A DNA stretch of 64,000 nucleotides from Nitrospirota bacterium (GCA_963701855.1 CAVPBK010000006.1:320001-384000), one strand, 5' to 3'. Shown: positions 1-10,425, numbered from the stretch's first letter. The notes: generated by a model not told the origin, from the letters alone. Made by a program: numbers and translations.

Positions 1-624
1 CAGCTTGAATTGGGCGGTGTCCAGTAGAAGGTTGCGGTCGTATCTCGCTGCATAGTCGGCTTTGCAGAAGTCGCTCGTGCACAGCCCAACTGCTCTTACA
101 TAATCGAGATTAATTCCATCCACGTCATACTGGCTCACGACCTCCGCAATTAGATTCGCCATTAAATGTCGAAACTCCGGCATGTGGACATCAAATGCTC
201 GTTCGGGAGTGCCGGGTGAAGCGTATTGTGGGAGGAAGCTTCCTTCTCGCAGGGTCAGAGTAAACCAGGGGTGTACCTCGATCCCCATTTCGTGAGCCCG
301 GTCGATGAGATACTTCAGCGGATCAAAACCCTGCTTCGGCTGGGCTTTGAGCCAGTAATCCCATTCGGCATATGTCGACGGCCACGTGGTGCCCCTTCCG
401 TGCCAGACCACTGGGCTAAAAGCATTAAAGCCCGCGGTTTTGATTCTCATGAGTAACTCATCCGTTCCTTGCTTGGTCGTCCAGGCAGACACGTCCTCCT
501 CAAAGATTATTTTCTTGCCGGCAAATGTTTTGCCCGACGCGAGAGCATGATCGACTGAGAAAGTCAGTCCAAACACCAGTAGATACGCGAACAAGAGTAG
601 ACGGACAAACATGTTGAATCTCAC
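1..624 (-). CDS. Glycosyl hydrolase-like family 10 (GHL10/DUF187) protein, runs off the window edge
   Basis: Not in the ORF track; translated by hand. Signal-like N-terminus MFVRLLLFAYLLVFG, then FDPLKYLIDRAHEMGIEVHPWF and YDVDGINLDYVR, typical GHL10 motifs. GTG at 624 overlaps the stop of the upstream gene (alternative ATG at 612). Confidence 0.8.
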   Translation of the reverse strand, partial: MRFNMFVRLLLFAYLLVFGLTFSVDHALASGKTFAGKKIIFEEDVSAWTTKQGTDELLMRIKTAGFNAFSPVVWHGRGTTWPSTYAEWDYWLKAQPKQGFDPLKYLIDRAHEMGIEVHPWFTLTLREGSFLPQYASPGTPERAFDVHMPEFRHLMANLIAEVVSQYDVDGINLDYVRAVGLCTSDFCKADYAARYDRNLLLDTAQFKL

Positions 625-1982
625 CTTTGGTCTGACAGAAGTGGGAATCGGCGCTCAACGACGGCCTCTCTGAGCGGAGCTTCATGGGGAGCGTCCCCCT
701 GGCCAAGAACTGCTTCCCTCAATGGTTCCTCACTCGCTGCATCGGCGCGCATTCTCAAACTCATGCCAATCACCCCCCATATAAGCCACTGTTCCGCTGG
801 GTAGGCGCTCGGGACAAGCCCAATCGCATCGATCAGCCACATGAGGAACATCATCAATGCTGCAACGGCCATTTCATCCGCCTTGGCGAGCAGATTTCTG
901 ACGATCCTGACACCGATAACGATCAACAATGAGAGGTACATCGCCAGGCCCACGATCCCTCCATGAAACAGCATTTGAAGAAAATCGTTGTGTGCCCCAA
1001 TCGCGAGTTTTCCGCTGCTGAACAGTTGGCTCATTGGGGGAAGACGTTCCCATTCGGCCATCATTTCCATCCACCCGAACCAACGTCCCTGAAACGTCAT
1101 CTTCCCTTCGACCTTTCCTGAAACGAAGCCGAGTTCCTTGTTAAAGAGCGTCCCGATCTGGTCCATGAGATCGCCAGCGTAATACGTCGTGATCAGCAAG
1201 CCCGCGATGCCGAGCAGCGCGAGCACGGCAAACTGTCGCCGGAGGATCGTCCAGCACAACACCCACAGAGCGAAGGTCAGCAGCGCGGCCTTGCTGTACA
1301 CCCTCACCATGACCACAGTGGAGATAGCCAAGTACCCCATCGTCATGACTTTCAGCGGAATGTTTCTTGTCTTGACGTACAAGGCCGAATAGAGCAGCAA
1401 TCCGAAAATGGTTTGAAGCGCATAGGTACGCATGTTGACGCCGTCGTGCCAGATACCGATGTTCCGCACAAGCCCTTCGGCTTGTGCCTCACGCCACTGG
1501 AATCCCGTCAGAGCCTGATACAATCCAAGGCTCATTGGAAGCAATCCGCCAAGGATCAAAGCCCAAAGGAACCACTTGAACCGATGACCCTGACGGAAAA
1601 AAGCCTGAAGGAAGTAAAATCCGATGATCCCATTAATGTATCGCAAAAATATGTTCGCCCCTGTTTTCGGTTCATCGCTGTACGCAATAATCATCGAAAA
1701 AAATACAATATAGATGGAATATGCTATCCATATTCCTTTGAGCGGCATCCTCATCAAAGACTTGTCATTTCTGGCCAGTGCCATGTGTGCCAGTAAGATA
1801 AATGTAATGAGCACGGAGTAGACTTCGGTTTGCCGGAGTCCGAATAGAAGCTCAAGGTCCCAAGAGGCGTCAATGAACGGTTTTGCGATGAACACCGCCA
1901 CCATGCCGACGGCTGGGCTCATGACAAGGCACAGAATCGAGATCAGACCCAAACCCAAGGCTATGTGAGGGAGCATTTCCAT
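621..1982 (-). CDS. O-antigen ligase/polymerase (Wzy_C-like) membrane protein
   Basis: About 10-12 hydrophobic segments and a GAHNDFLQMLFHGGIVG motif; EPS context. The ORF is open to 2063. Confidence 0.8.
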   Translation of the reverse strand: MEMLPHIALGLGLISILCLVMSPAVGMVAVFIAKPFIDASWDLELLFGLRQTEVYSVLITFILLAHMALARNDKSLMRMPLKGIWIAYSIYIVFFSMIIAYSDEPKTGANIFLRYINGIIGFYFLQAFFRQGHRFKWFLWALILGGLLPMSLGLYQALTGFQWREAQAEGLVRNIGIWHDGVNMRTYALQTIFGLLLYSALYVKTRNIPLKVMTMGYLAISTVVMVRVYSKAALLTFALWVLCWTILRRQFAVLALLGIAGLLITTYYAGDLMDQIGTLFNKELGFVSGKVEGKMTFQGRWFGWMEMMAEWERLPPMSQLFSSGKLAIGAHNDFLQMLFHGGIVGLAMYLSLLIVIGVRIVRNLLAKADEMAVAALMMFLMWLIDAIGLVPSAYPAEQWLIWGVIGMSLRMRADAASEEPLREAVLGQGDAPHEAPLREAVVERRFPLLSDQR

Positions 1983-2340
1983 GGAAATTCTTATGACACC
2001 CGAATACCGCGCACTTGCAAGCTGGCCATTCCTACTGCGCGATCGCCGCTGAACGCCAGCCACACCGCGCGTCTTGAGTTGTCCAGATCCAGTCCGCTCA
2101 CCTCCGCTGATATCGTCTCGTCACTTTGCCGGCGCACAGCAAACAGTGCTCATGCCGGACTCCCTTCGGATCGCTCGGTTCTTCTACCAACGAGGCAATC
2201 GCAAGTGGCCCCTTCGTACACCGATCTCGGCATACTCCCAGAGAGATTCTATTCACGCCTTCTTACTTCCTTACGGCCAAACACATCGAGATTCTACCGT
2301 TTTGCCCGGGAGCAATGGCAACGGGCATCTCAAGCCTCGG

Positions 2341-2355
2341 TTAACAAATTGTTAA
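2341..2355. promoter_or_regulatory. Palindromic operator candidate TTAACAAATTGTTAA
   Basis: Perfect 7-1-7 inverted repeat with an identical copy at 9184-9198; both lie 44-45 bp upstream of a TA(g/c)AAT -10-like box on the minus strand. Confidence 0.6.
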
Positions 2356-3163
2356 GAAAGAAATGACTTATAATGTATGGTGGGTATGTATCCGACAGGA
2401 CCGAGGCTAGAGAAACTTTGAGAACTCAATGAGAGGCCAAGTTCTAACACATTGATGTACCATCGATAACCACAACTGCACACCGGTGAGGTCTGGTGTG
2501 CCGCTCTGTCGGCTCGCTTACATATACCTTCTACCTGGCTAGGAACGAGCCTTCCCCTCAGGCCAGGGAGACCAGAACGGGAGCGATTCTACTCCCGGTT
2601 CGGCCCCAGGTCCTGAATCCCTAGGTGATCTGGACGTTCTGCGAGGAAGGGCGTGAGGATCGCATTCGTAGTTTTCTCTACAGGGACTCGTCATTATTGC
2701 TCCTGTCTCATAATTAACATGGAATTGACCGTTTTAAGATATCGCTTGTAACCAGGAATGAGAATATTCACTTGATCTCGCTTCCTAATCTCAAGGCATA
2801 CCGTGCTCATCGAGTCCTTGCTAAAAGGATTCTGTTGAATGCAAACAGAAATCAGTTTTGGTGAATACACAGGAAGAGAGTGAAGAGAAAGAGAGATGGT
2901 GCGCAAATCTTTGAAGTTCAGCTTTCTACTTTAGGCATTCATCCTGACCAACATGTTCGTGGCTTCCCCCTGGGCTTGGAGGAGCTGGCCCGGATGGCCG
3001 GTTCTGTATTCCATAGGAAACAGGCCTCAAGCGCAGGCAGAGAAATGCGCGTCTTCGGCCTGTCGAACGGCATTAGCAAGACCGAACTCTGCACATCGAC
3101 CACGAGCACGAGTACGGCGGATGGCAACTCGCCGCAAGTTCGCGTGCATGCCTGGAGGTAGAT

Positions 3164-4117
3164 ATGAAGACACTGCTTCTCATGATGACAGCCTGCTTGG
3201 TACTCCTGGTGAACGATTCTGTGGAGGCCGATCCATCCAACGGTATAATAGAGAGTACCAGTGGGGTGCCCACGACGGCAACGGATGGCTTCAACAAAGG
3301 CTTTTTCCCGGATAATACCGACTCCATCCCAAACCCCAGCTTCATCAAGTGTGCTGGTGGAGACATGGGGAGTCAAGCGGGGGGAGGCTATAACTGTTTG
3401 ATCCAAGTGGATCAAAGTGATCAGCAAGGCTATGCCTTTGGTATTTTCATGAAGAACGGAACTCAAGATGCGTTTCCCTATTTCCGAGTACGGAAAACCG
3501 GGGCAACGATCATGGATGCGTTCAACAATCAACCGAACTATGTGAACACTTTTTACTATACGCCCTATGTCTTCGGTGATCCCACTGACACGTACGAAGA
3601 AGCCTGTACGGTCTGCTTAACGACCAACCAAAATATCACGGCACAAAACACGAGTTCCGTCCTCGCGATCTACGGCACACCCACAAATATCTTTCCGAAC
3701 GTGCTTCCCTTACAGCGCGCCTATGGACACACCACCGCGAATAGTAGCACGGGCAGGCAGGTCGGCACGCTCGTGTATCAAATGGGCGATGAGGGCCATG
3801 TCCATTACGGTGGAGCCTATGGGTCTGGCTCATTAGCGGTATCTAGTTGTGGCACAGGGTCTCCCACAATTGCTGGGGCTGATGGTGCGTTTGTCATTAC
3901 GCTTGGCACCGGCACCCCAGTAGCCTGTACCGTGTCGTTTCATGCTACCTGGACGAGCGCCGATCTCACATGTAGCTTCATTTCGGAAAGCGACTTAGTC
4001 AACTGGAAGTTTGCCAAAGTGGGCAACGCCAAAGCCTGGACAGCTGTGACCCTCACGGCGAGTGCGCCTTTGACCAACGGGAGCAAGATTCATGGCCTCT
4101 GTGTGGGGCATCTCTAA
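3164..4117 (+). CDS. Secreted hypothetical protein (Gly/Thr/Ser-rich, beta-rich)
   Basis: GGAGG RBS, signal peptide MKTLLLMMTACLVLL...VEA, 317 aa, opposite strand to flanking genes. Confidence 0.75.
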   Translation: MKTLLLMMTACLVLLVNDSVEADPSNGIIESTSGVPTTATDGFNKGFFPDNTDSIPNPSFIKCAGGDMGSQAGGGYNCLIQVDQSDQQGYAFGIFMKNGTQDAFPYFRVRKTGATIMDAFNNQPNYVNTFYYTPYVFGDPTDTYEEACTVCLTTNQNITAQNTSSVLAIYGTPTNIFPNVLPLQRAYGHTTANSSTGRQVGTLVYQMGDEGHVHYGGAYGSGSLAVSSCGTGSPTIAGADGAFVITLGTGTPVACTVSFHATWTSADLTCSFISESDLVNWKFAKVGNAKAWTAVTLTASAPLTNGSKIHGLCVGHL

Positions 4118-4355
4118 TGATGACACGATTTATCGTTAACTCTGACATCCCCTCTTGATCGAGTTCCACAATACAGGCCTGTCGTGTCAAGCAAGTCTGC
4201 TGGAATTTAAACCAGTGGCCCCGGCTTCAGAGAGTGTTTGTTCGGAAGGATACTATTCGAGGACACGGATGCGCTGCCCACAAGATGACCAGACGCGAAA
4301 ATTGCAAGACAGACCGCGCCGCTCTCGAACGTCGCGCCAAAAAGTTGAAGAAGTT

Positions 4356-5087
4356 TCAACACGTGATTCCTCCATCGATCACCAACACTTGCCCGGTGAT
4401 GAAGCCCGCCTCGGGAGACAGCAGGAAATGGACAGCGCCGACGACATCATCGGGTGTCCCCAGTCGCCCTAACGGTGTCCGCCGGACAATCTGATTGCGC
4501 TGGGTGTCGCCAAGCCCGTGCGTCATCTCGGTCTCGAGATAGCCAGGAGCGATCGAGTTCACCCGGATGTTCCGCGGGCCCAGTTCGCGGGCCAAACCTC
4601 TGGTCATGCCGTCCAGGCCGGCCTTTGTCGCGGAGTAGGCGGCGAGACCTGCATAGCCGCGCAATCCGATGATCGACGAAATGTTGATGATGCTTCCGCG
4701 GGAACGGACGACCATCTGTCTCACCACCAGGCGTGTCAGCAGCAGCGTGCCCGTGAGGTTTACGGCAATCACCTGCTCGATCTGACCAGGCTGCATGGTC
4801 GCAAGCACTCCGTCGGTCGCAATACCGGCATTGTTGATGAGCACGTCAATCGGCCCGCAATCCTTTTCCACGCGCTTGACCACCGAGCCGAGCGAGGCTT
4901 GATCGGACATGTCGCCCTCGAAAAAACTGAAACTCTCACCGTATTTCTCCTTCAGCCGCTCGATTGGCTCTCCCGGGCGCCGGCTGAAGGTCGCCACCCT
5001 GGAGCCCTGGTCCAGGAGGCTTCTCACCATGGCCAGGCCAAGCCCGCGGCTGCCTCCGCTGATGAGCACGACCCCGTCGCCTTTCAT
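4356..5087 (-). CDS. fabG: SDR family 3-oxoacyl-ACP reductase (FabG-like)
   Basis: SGGSRGLG, NNAG, YSATK and IDGG motifs. Confidence 0.85.
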   Translation of the reverse strand: MKGDGVVLISGGSRGLGLAMVRSLLDQGSRVATFSRRPGEPIERLKEKYGESFSFFEGDMSDQASLGSVVKRVEKDCGPIDVLINNAGIATDGVLATMQPGQIEQVIAVNLTGTLLLTRLVVRQMVVRSRGSIINISSIIGLRGYAGLAAYSATKAGLDGMTRGLARELGPRNIRVNSIAPGYLETEMTHGLGDTQRNQIVRRTPLGRLGTPDDVVGAVHFLLSPEAGFITGQVLVIDGGITC

Positions 5088-6445
5088 TCCGCCTCCGACC
5101 GCACGACCTTCATCGCACCGTTGTGCGCGATGGATTCCACCATGCGCAGGAGACGCGGCACTTCGTGCTGAGCAAGCCGGCCGCGCGCAATCCGGTTGAT
5201 TTCTCCGCGCACCACAATCTCATCGCTCCCGCGTGCCAGCACAATGTCCGCCGCGACGAGCTGCCCGACGAGCGAACTGCTTTTGCCGTATACCCGCACG
5301 TCCCCGACCCCCGTGGCCTCGCGCAACACCATCTCAACCGTCGCCGGCATCACCTTTCGCCCTCCCACATTAATGACGTCGGTCTTGCGTCCTTGGAACA
5401 GCACACGGTCTCCATGACGCTCGACGAGATCGCCTGTTGCGACCCATCCATCTGGAGGGACAGCTGTGGGCTGCCCGGAATCGCCCGCTGCCCGTCGATC
5501 GTACCCGAGCATGGCATTGTGTGAGCGTGCCACGAGTTCGCCGTCGACGACTTGCAGTTCGATTCCCTGTTCCGGTGGCCGATCGAGCCATTCGGCGGGA
5601 AAACCCTCACGCTTGTCCGTCACCGAGAGGAGCCGTCCCAGTTCGGTGGAGGCATAGATATGCACGAGCCTGGTCTGCGGGAACAGCCCGGATAACTGAT
5701 CGAGCAACCCTTGGGTGACCGCCTCGCCTCCCATCGTGATCTGTTCGAGTCTGCATTCGCTCAGTTCATCATGGGGCGCAAAGAGCAAGAGCTGCCGCCA
5801 GAAGGTCGGCGTACCTGACGCATGTGTGACCGCGGACTCGCGCATCGTCTGTGCGACGATTGTCGGATCAAGTGAGGACGGCGTCACCAAGGTCGACCAA
5901 TTCAGGAGCGCTTGCAGCATCACCTGCGTGCCGGCATACAAATTGAGCGGATAGGCGCACATCCAGCAGTTCCGCGCGTATCGAGGGTCGCGCCTGACCG
6001 GCGAGGCCAGCGTGATCCAGGTATGATTCGCCGCTTTGGGGCGGCCGGTGGTTCCCGATGTCAGTATGGTCACGACTCCCTCACTGAGAGAACCGGTGTC
6101 GGCAGGAACTGCCGGACCGCTGTGGACCTGCGGGGAGTCAACCAGATTCCACACGATCACGCTCCATTGCAGCCGGTCCGCCAGCTCCATAATCTCTCTG
6201 GGGCTGCGGCTTCCCGCGAGAAACACATGGCAACGCAATGCTTCGAGCGCTGCTACCGCCGGAGCGAACTCCGTGGGTTCGTTGAGCGCGAGTCCGACGC
6301 GGAGCCCTGCAAGCGATCGCCACCTGACCGAAAGCTCATGTACACGGCTGGCAAGCCCCGCATAGGTCACCACCCGATCGCCGGCGATCAGCGCCGCAGC
6401 GTCGCGACGATCTGACGGCACAGCCTGAAGATGTTCAGCCATCAT
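5084..6445 (-). CDS. AMP-binding acyl-CoA/acyl-ACP ligase
   Basis: LTSGTTGRPK, YASTE, TGDL and GRKTDVINVGG adenylation motifs. Confidence 0.9.
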   Translation of the reverse strand: MMAEHLQAVPSDRRDAAALIAGDRVVTYAGLASRVHELSVRWRSLAGLRVGLALNEPTEFAPAVAALEALRCHVFLAGSRSPREIMELADRLQWSVIVWNLVDSPQVHSGPAVPADTGSLSEGVVTILTSGTTGRPKAANHTWITLASPVRRDPRYARNCWMCAYPLNLYAGTQVMLQALLNWSTLVTPSSLDPTIVAQTMRESAVTHASGTPTFWRQLLLFAPHDELSECRLEQITMGGEAVTQGLLDQLSGLFPQTRLVHIYASTELGRLLSVTDKREGFPAEWLDRPPEQGIELQVVDGELVARSHNAMLGYDRRAAGDSGQPTAVPPDGWVATGDLVERHGDRVLFQGRKTDVINVGGRKVMPATVEMVLREATGVGDVRVYGKSSSLVGQLVAADIVLARGSDEIVVRGEINRIARGRLAQHEVPRLLRMVESIAHNGAMKVVRSEAE

Positions 6446-6463
6446 TGCCGGATTCCCCAGAAA

Positions 6464-6721
6464 TTACACTACCGCCTTCACGTAGAGATCGATCAGGTCG
6501 GAGACTGTCTTCAACCTGCCGATCGTCCCTTCGGCAAACGGATCGATGCCCGTCTCCAACTCAATCCTGACGACCACGGCTGCCCAATCGAGCGAGTCCA
6601 AGCCGAGGCTGGAATCGACCGGGGAATCGAGTCCAAGCCCCTGCGCGCTCAAATCCTTGGCGACAAGCGTTTCCCCGATGATCTGAAGCATGGCTCGCGT
6701 GAGATCGTCCCTGGATGGCAT
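6464..6721 (-). CDS. Acyl carrier protein
   Basis: Small acidic protein with an LGLDSLD phosphopantetheine motif. Confidence 0.9.
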   Translation of the reverse strand: MPSRDDLTRAMLQIIGETLVAKDLSAQGLGLDSPVDSSLGLDSLDWAAVVVRIELETGIDPFAEGTIGRLKTVSDLIDLYVKAVV

Positions 6722-6786
6722 GTTTTCCCCTTTTGTTACGTTGCTCACTCACAGATCCATAGCCCGCATTATTCATGAGGAACAGC

Positions 6787-6852
6787 GGGACAGGCACCGG
6801 CGGGGACTGTCCCGCAGCGGGACTGTCCCACTTCTCTGCCGGAGCCAGTCCC
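6787..6852. repeat. REP-like palindromic element (GGGACTGTCCC x2 inside GGGACAGGCACC...GGAGCCAGTCCC arms)
   Basis: Nested inverted repeats in the intergenic gap. Confidence 0.55.
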
Positions 6853-6857
6853 TGCAA

Positions 6858-7787
6858 TCAGCATGCGGCCAGCGACGCCTGGGATTCCCTCTCCGGACAG
6901 GCCTGCCGCTCGGCATACTGCGACATGGTCATGAAACGCACCCCCTCGAAACCTGCCATGTATTTCCAGAGGCTGAGATTCCAGTCGAGTTTGGACGAGG
7001 AATCGCCGCGATACAGGTGCCGACGGAGCCGCAGCCCATGGATCTTGAGGTTGCTGCTGTAATCCTTCGCTCCCTCGATCTCCTCGGCAAATTCATAGGG
7101 ATGAAACAGGTACACGATCGGCTTTCCGGTTCGCCACGATTCCGAATATAGTGCGCGGAAGAGCAGCTTCATGAGCCGCAACCCAAAGACATACAGCGTG
7201 CTGGAGATAAATGGGATGGCCAGGGCTGACACGGGGACTTCTAGTATCGCAAGGTTGCCTCGTCCATAAGCATCGTCTGCGCTCGGGTGATACGGGTATC
7301 GGGGGGCGCGGAGCCACCCTGGATGAACAAGATTCGAGCTGATCAGGTCGAATCGCTGAGAACAGACCGTCGAATCTGCGAGGTAACCCATGCGGGATAG
7401 GATCTTCAACGTCGGGCCGGAGACCTTGACGCGGGGCCCCCGGAACGACAGGATCTCGCAGTTGCCCAGCGTGCTGAGCAGGCCCGTCGCCTTTCCCAGA
7501 TACTCTTCCTGCATGCTCAACGGCATCGAATCGTACTCCTCTTCGTTGCCGTGTGTGAGCCCATGGCAACCGATCTCGTGTCCCGCCTCCCGCAAGATGC
7601 GGGGATAGCCGGGAACCTGCTCCGCCTCCCGGGCGACGAAGAAAAACGTGATCCCTCCGGCAAGTTCCCGACCGGCCTGCAGTATCTGCTCGAAGGCCCG
7701 GCTCTTATCCTGCTCGCGGTGATGGGTAGAGTAGTCGACGTCCCCTGTCAGGAGGACTGGAACCGTTCGTGCGTTTCGGGCTTGCAT
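6858..7787 (-). CDS. Polysaccharide deacetylase (CE4/NodB fold)
   Basis: LTGDVD, HEIGCHGLTH, FRGP and YLFHPYE motifs. Confidence 0.88.
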   Translation of the reverse strand: MQARNARTVPVLLTGDVDYSTHHREQDKSRAFEQILQAGRELAGGITFFFVAREAEQVPGYPRILREAGHEIGCHGLTHGNEEEYDSMPLSMQEEYLGKATGLLSTLGNCEILSFRGPRVKVSGPTLKILSRMGYLADSTVCSQRFDLISSNLVHPGWLRAPRYPYHPSADDAYGRGNLAILEVPVSALAIPFISSTLYVFGLRLMKLLFRALYSESWRTGKPIVYLFHPYEFAEEIEGAKDYSSNLKIHGLRLRRHLYRGDSSSKLDWNLSLWKYMAGFEGVRFMTMSQYAERQACPERESQASLAAC

Positions 7788-7808
7788 CGGTTCTCTCTCT
7801 CAAATGCC

Positions 7809-7897
7809 GTAAAAGGTAAGACCTGAAAGGTGAAAGGTAGGATTGCCCAGTGTTTTTCCTCCGAAACGTTTCACGTTTCACCTATTACGTTTCACGG
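7809..7897. repeat. Heptamer-based inverted repeat (GTGAAAg/c ... tTTCACG)
   Basis: Tandem 7-mers followed by their complements; related elements at 11153-11310, 15515-15685 and 16302-16381. Confidence 0.6.
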
Positions 7898-7910
7898 CTA
7901 CCTTAGTCCG

Positions 7911-9080
7911 CTAAAACGTATCGTGGTCGCCGAAGGCAAATCGCCAGGACCGGAGATCTTGAGGAAACCGCAACGGATCCGTTCCTCGATCCGTCCACAT
8001 TAGCAACGAATATTTTTCCGGTGACTTCAGATACGCACGGCTTCTAACCAGACGCGCGTCATCGGGCGAGAGGCCGTCGAGTAACAACACGCCCTCGCAT
8101 CCGCTCGCCAGCGCAAGACGCTCGACCCCTGCAATCGCCATCTTGGCGGCACGATTCGAATTCGGCTCATGGATGAGGTCCAAGATGACGGCTGCCCGAA
8201 TCCCTTCTGCACGCTCAACCATTCGAACGATAGCCGCTGCACGCAACCGGCTTTGATGCCGCACCGCGAGCAACCGGTAATCCGACCCCTGGCCTGCGTA
8301 GCGAGCCCGAAGCGATTCGACGCTCCAAGTCTGAGCCGTCTGTCCAGCATGGCCTTGCGCATAGAGACAGGCGAGGTCAGCCACTTCTTCGGAAACCCAC
8401 GGAATCTCGATGACCTCCCATGACGCCCCAGCGCGAGGCCCCTGAAAACGGATTCCCATACCGACCACTGCATCCGGAATGCTGCAGAGCGCCCGAAGAA
8501 ATCGCTGGCCCCCATCACGGCGGATGAACCGCTTGTACTTGGCAAATAGCAGCGCGGGTCTCAGTGGTTTAGCCAAAACGGCCATGTCGCCGATCTTTTT
8601 AAATCCGATTTTCAGATGCGCTTCCGCAATCTGCTGCCTGCGCACGGCCGCATAGAGACAGTGAATCCCTATCTCTCGGAGTCCGACGTACATCGCTGAG
8701 ATCAGCCGTGGGTAGATGAAGAAGCTTCGGTATGAAGGATCGATGAACAAGCCGGTCCAGTAGGCAATCCGGAGTTGTTCATCTCCGACACGTAGTTGCC
8801 GTTCCTGCACACTGGTCATTCCGACGGCTCGATCTCCATCAAGGGCAAGCCACAATATGCGGCCAGCCCTGTCCAGCTCCGGCCCTCTTGCGTCGGATGA
8901 CGTCGCCTCCTCGGCTTGCCGGCGCACGGCGAACAGCGCTCGCGCCGCATCTTCATCGGACCGCTCGGCTTTTCTGATCACGAGGCGATTGCGACCGGCC
9001 TGTGGGACGCCGATGTCGGCATGTTCTTGCAGTAATTCCCCGGAGACGCTACTCACGGCTTTTCGTTTCCTCACAACCAC
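7911..9080 (-). CDS. GNAT-family acyltransferase (tandem GNAT-like domains)
   Basis: Motif A-like LFIDPSYRS, HLKIGFKKIG and a C-terminal GDHDTF, as seen in EPS-locus GNATs. Confidence 0.75.
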   Translation of the reverse strand: MVVRKRKAVSSVSGELLQEHADIGVPQAGRNRLVIRKAERSDEDAARALFAVRRQAEEATSSDARGPELDRAGRILWLALDGDRAVGMTSVQERQLRVGDEQLRIAYWTGLFIDPSYRSFFIYPRLISAMYVGLREIGIHCLYAAVRRQQIAEAHLKIGFKKIGDMAVLAKPLRPALLFAKYKRFIRRDGGQRFLRALCSIPDAVVGMGIRFQGPRAGASWEVIEIPWVSEEVADLACLYAQGHAGQTAQTWSVESLRARYAGQGSDYRLLAVRHQSRLRAAAIVRMVERAEGIRAAVILDLIHEPNSNRAAKMAIAGVERLALASGCEGVLLLDGLSPDDARLVRSRAYLKSPEKYSLLMWTDRGTDPLRFPQDLRSWRFAFGDHDTF

Positions 9081-9183
9081 GCAGATCGAGATCTATTGGT
9101 CAGACGATCACAGAGACGCCTAACAAAGCAGAATTGTACCGCCATTGCCTCATCGATCTGGCAACGGAACCGTCAAGCCTCTG

Positions 9184-9198
9184 TTAACAAATTGTTAA
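9184..9198. promoter_or_regulatory. Palindromic operator candidate TTAACAAATTGTTAA
   Basis: Identical to 2341-2355, with conserved flank TGGCAACGG...TCAAGCCTC. Confidence 0.6.
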
Positions 9199-9226
9199 AA
9201 CCGAAGGGGCGCAGGGGGGATGGCTT

Positions 9227-9635
9227 GGACAAGCCTGGTATTTCTGGTTCATCTGGTCTGTTTGGTCTATCTGGTTGGTCAGGTTCAACCCAACAATCAG
9301 GACAGACTATACTGACGAGACAGACCAGATAAACCGAATAGACCAGACCGACTAGGCCAGAGATTAAGGGCGGGACATGAACCGGGAGTCTATTATCGCT
9401 TCCCGTTCGGTTGGTAGTCGAGGCATTATGATCAACTTCTTAGTTTTCACGGCGTGCACTCCTCTTAATCGCGACGCGTCACTGGATGTCCTATGTACCA
9501 TATGCGAGGCCGTAATATATATATATATATATATATATATGGTGAATCGACTCAAATCAAAATGTTGGAATCCTACTGTTTGGGTGAACGAATCACACGA
9601 GATAGACTAAACAGGCCAGTCAGACAGGCTTGTCC
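9227..9635. repeat. Low-complexity palindromic element with 11-bp terminal IRs (GGACAAGCCTG/CAGGCTTGTCC)
   Basis: TCTGGT-rich ~9-mers and their complements; related copies at 14760-14860 and about 25585-25672. Confidence 0.6.
9515..9540. repeat. (AT)13 dinucleotide microsatellite
   Basis: Read directly from the sequence. Confidence 0.95.
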
Positions 9636-9786
9636 TCTACATGCGGACCATCGACGCTCTGCAGTGCCGATATAGTTGTTCCTCAACCTCCTAGCCCGCA
9701 TCTATGCGCTAGCTGGAAGGCGACCCTGCGCACTCGTACGCAGGGTGCAGCCCACCGCTGAATAACATGAACCTGTTGCCATTCCG

Positions 9787-10425
9787 CTAGGCCGTGGCCA
9801 GTGTCTGCCCGCGCCGTTTCAACCAGGACCAGGAGCCCAGCACGACCAAACCGGTCCCGAAGAGGAACACACTGGCGGCAATGGGCACCGCGGCGGGAGT
9901 CCCGCCCACCACTAGCCCTTGAAGAAAGACGGTGCCGAGGTGGTCTCGCATGTGGCCGTGCTTCTCTCCGTTGATCAGATGATCCCACGACAGTTGGAAC
10001 TCGGAGGTCTGCGGATTGTACAAGCCTTTGGCCGTACCGCCGATATTCCACATGTGGATTTCGTCACCGCGCTGCCAGCCGAGGAAGAGCGACGAGAGAT
10101 CCATCGTGATCGACATGCCGTCGATCGTCGCCGACGGAGCCGGCGCACCCAGGAAGTTGCTGGTAAAGAGACTGTAGGTTTTGTGTCCCCTGCTAATCGG
10201 ATCAACGATGTCCGACCACGACTGATATTGCCCCATCTTCAGGGTCCCGTCTTGCTCCAGCAGGCGATCGAGTATCCGGCCCTCTTTCCCGCCCCAGTTC
10301 GCAGCGCCGCTCGTAAACTCCACTTGCGTTACGAGCGCGGCGTCGGCGGATTCCCAGACCCCGCTCATCGTCAACAGCCCCGCCATCAAGAAACTCATCG
10401 CAAACATGTATACTCCGGTCTTCAT
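9787..10425 (-). CDS. VPLPA/PEP-CTERM-like sorted surface protein (VPIAA variant)
   Basis: Signal peptide; C-terminus AAVPIAASVFLFGTGLVVLGSWSWLKRR gives motif, TM helix and basic tail. Confidence 0.8.
   Translation of the reverse strand: MKTGVYMFAMSFLMAGLLTMSGVWESADAALVTQVEFTSGAANWGGKEGRILDRLLEQDGTLKMGQYQSWSDIVDPISRGHKTYSLFTSNFLGAPAPSATIDGMSITMDLSSLFLGWQRGDEIHMWNIGGTAKGLYNPQTSEFQLSWDHLINGEKHGHMRDHLGTVFLQGLVVGGTPAAVPIAASVFLFGTGLVVLGSWSWLKRRGQTLATA

Noticed and set aside
2470..2640. Hairpins suggesting a riboswitch or sRNA
   Set aside because: Two local stems but no recognisable family motif; cannot be supported without covariance data.
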